Of a DNA stretch of 64,000 nt, positions 62,340 to 64,000 are shown in pieces (within the stretch, counting starts at the first letter, position 1; every line of letters starts with the position of its first letter). The notes under the pieces are model-generated. The model did not search any database and was not told where the DNA came from. It saw only the letters and a program-made list of their open reading frames with translations. The DNA is from Oscillospiraceae bacterium (lineage in GTDB: Bacteria; Bacillota; Clostridia; Oscillospirales; Oscillospiraceae). The translations under genes and the position numbers were made by a program. Location: contig JAFRIV010000013.1 in NCBI GenBank assembly GCA_017432615.1, positions 32,689 to 96,688 on the forward strand. The letters run 5' to 3'.

Positions 62340-63467
62340 ATGAGTAGAATAGAACTGAAACATATCGATAAGTATTACGGGAAAAACCATGTTCTCAAGG
62401 ATATTAACCTTGTTGCGGAAGACGGCGACTTTCTTACCCTTCTGGGTCCGTCGGGATGCGGAAAGACGACCACCCTTCGCGTCGTTGCAGGCCTTGAAAA
62501 CCCGCAGGGAGGAGATATTTTTCTCGACGGAAAAAATATCGTCAACGCCAAGGAGAATTACTTCGAGGAACCCGGAAAGAGAGGAATGGATCTGGTGTTC
62601 CAGTCATATGCACTCTGGCCGCATATGACGGTCTATGATAATGTCGCTTTCGGCCTTGTTGTGAAAAAGCAGCCGAAGGACGAAATCAGACCTAAGGTCA
62701 TGAATGCGCTTGAACGGATGAGAATCGCGGAATTTGAAAAGCGGTATCCTTCGGAGCTGTCCGGCGGACAGCAGCAGCGTGTCGCGATCGCAAGATCGAT
62801 CGTCTCCAATTCCAATGTTCTTCTGCTGGATGAACCGCTTTCGAACCTGGACGCCAAACTCCGTATTGAAATGCGGTCAGAGATCAAGCGTCTCCATCAT
62901 GATCTGGGTACCACGATCCTCTATGTCACCCATGATCAGGTGGAAGCACTCACTATGTCCACCAAGATCGCTATCTTCTTTGATGGATGCCTCGAACAGG
63001 TGGATGCCCCGATGGAGATCTACCAGAACCCTGCAACACTCAGAGTTGCCGACTTCATCGGGAATCCGAAGATCAACTTTATTGATGCAACAGCAAAGAA
63101 AAATGCGGAAGGCTCCATTGTGGTGACCTCTGCCCTTGGAACGTTCGTTGCCAAAAAAGAGCTGTTAGTCAACGTTGATGAGCTTCCGGAGGCGTTTGAT
63201 GTCATTCTCGGCATAAGACCGGAAAAAATTACCATCCTGACGGAACCGGCAGAAGATGCCATCAGGGCGACTGTATATTCTGTGCAGCCCGCCGGTTCAG
63301 AGACTATTATCAATTTAAAGATCGGAGACAGCACGATCCTGGCGAAGGATCTCGGTATCAAAAACTTCGATATGGATCAGACAGTATATGTCAAATACAG
63401 CCATGAGAAGGCAAATGTATTCCATAAGGAAAGCGGCAGACTGATCAAGAAGGTCATTCCCGACTGA
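62340..63467 (+). CDS. ABC transporter ATP-binding protein (MalK/PotA/FbpC-like with C-terminal TOBE-type domain)
   Basis: 375 aa. GPSGCGKTT, LSGGQQQRV, LLLDEPLSNLD. Confidence 0.85.
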   Translation: MSRIELKHIDKYYGKNHVLKDINLVAEDGDFLTLLGPSGCGKTTTLRVVAGLENPQGGDIFLDGKNIVNAKENYFEEPGKRGMDLVFQSYALWPHMTVYDNVAFGLVVKKQPKDEIRPKVMNALERMRIAEFEKRYPSELSGGQQQRVAIARSIVSNSNVLLLDEPLSNLDAKLRIEMRSEIKRLHHDLGTTILYVTHDQVEALTMSTKIAIFFDGCLEQVDAPMEIYQNPATLRVADFIGNPKINFIDATAKKNAEGSIVVTSALGTFVAKKELLVNVDELPEAFDVILGIRPEKITILTEPAEDAIRATVYSVQPAGSETIINLKIGDSTILAKDLGIKNFDMDQTVYVKYSHEKANVFHKESGRLIKKVIPD

Positions 63468-63528
63468 TATGTCGTTCGGTTCCAAACGGTTCCGAATCAC
63501 ATAAAATTAAAACAAAGGAGAAGAAAAA

Positions 63529-64000
63529 ATGAAGAACATCAAAGTCTTGGCACTGATACTTGCAGCAGTGATGATGCTGACAGTATGGTCAGGATCCGTG
63601 GCGTTTGCTGCGGGGGACGAGAATTGGGCAGAGAAGAACGGCCTGTACAGGACGGACGAAACTGTCGAAGAACTCTACGAGCAGGCGAAGCTTGAGGGTG
63701 AGGTCAATGTGTACGGCTGCACCGGCCGTATCGAGGACTTTATTCCCGATTTTGAAGCCGCATATCCGGGCGTCAAAGTAAACTTCTATGACCTCGGCAT
63801 CAATGAAATGCTGGAAAAGTTCACAAGAGAGCACGATGCCGGCATCTATACCGCGGACATTCTCCAGTTAAAGGAGCAGACCGGGTCGATCAAGAGAGAA
63901 TACATTGATAACGGACTGCTCTACAATTACCAGCCGGATGATATTTTCCACAATATCATCGATCCCGAATTCCTTGTGGTAACCCCGTTCACCATTGAGC
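63529..64000 (+). CDS. extracellular solute-binding protein, 5' partial (runs off the window)
   Basis: Not in the ORF track. My hand translation from the ATG at 63529 (RBS AAAGGAG) gives MKNIKVLALILAAVMMLTVWSGSVAFAAGDENWAEKNGLYRTDETVEELYEQAKLEGEVNVYGCTGRIEDFIPDFEAAYPGVKVNFYDLG..., which is signal peptide plus an Fbp/Pot-type SBP N-terminus. The frame stays open to 64000. Confidence 0.7.
   Translation, partial: MKNIKVLALILAAVMMLTVWSGSVAFAAGDENWAEKNGLYRTDETVEELYEQAKLEGEVNVYGCTGRIEDFIPDFEAAYPGVKVNFYDLGINEMLEKFTREHDAGIYTADILQLKEQTGSIKREYIDNGLLYNYQPDDIFHNIIDPEFLVVTPFTIE

Noticed and set aside
1-64000. Scan for CRISPR arrays, rRNA or tRNA genes and recognisable defence genes
   Set aside because: I saw no regularly spaced direct repeats, no cloverleaf-like intergenic segments (all intergenic regions over 100 nt were read), and no nuclease, methylase or Cas-like ORFs. 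A tRNAscan or CRISPR-finder run would be needed to exclude them formally.

Overview
This looks like a chromosomal segment of a moderately GC-rich Firmicute, with Clostridia-type gene content (WhiA, HprK, TAXI-TRAP transporter, four-subunit 2-oxoacid:ferredoxin oxidoreductase, BMP-family nucleoside ABC transporter). All calls rest on reading the sequence and ORF translations and on recalled family motifs; no database search or folding program was run. From left to right the window contains: (1) a truncated IS3-family insertion sequence with an A7G -1 frameshift site; (2) housekeeping genes (a D-TA-type PLP enzyme, nadD-pncB, an orphan OmpR-type response regulator, pyrR-pyrP with a PyrR attenuator leader); (3) an envelope cluster (Lgt-like protein, phosphodiester glycosidase-like protein, WG-repeat protein); (4) a visibly AT-richer catabolic island at 13.5-21.6 kb (TAXI-TRAP transporter, beta-hydroxyacid dehydrogenase, FAH-family enzyme, transaldolase-family enzyme, VOC protein, TIM-barrel isomerase, divergent GntR regulator); (5) a nucleoside ABC transporter behind a clean guanine-class purine riboswitch, next to xpt; (6) rpmB, hprK-murB and whiA-dnaE-nth. 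(7) The most unusual part is a roughly 9 kb run of 13 tightly packed co-directional genes (39.1-48.3 kb). It joins a DtxR-like regulator and a two-gene SufC/SufB-like pair to a SARP-type regulator carrying a degenerate GGDEF domain, an Hpt protein, a secreted transglutaminase-like protein, a PilC/GspF platform protein, four non-canonical pilin-like small proteins, a PilT-type ATPase as the only motor, and a DivIVA-domain protein. No PilB, prepilin peptidase or canonical major pilin is present. (8) The remainder holds an OFOR operon preceded by a P-loop ATPase, a DUF4430 plus membrane-protein pair, a rhamnose-type cluster (AraC regulator, rhaB, rhaD) whose isomerase is an AraA/FucI-family protein rather than RhaA, and an acetate-kinase paralog that heads an ABC-transporter operon behind a long structured leader. 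I saw no rRNA, tRNA or CRISPR array.
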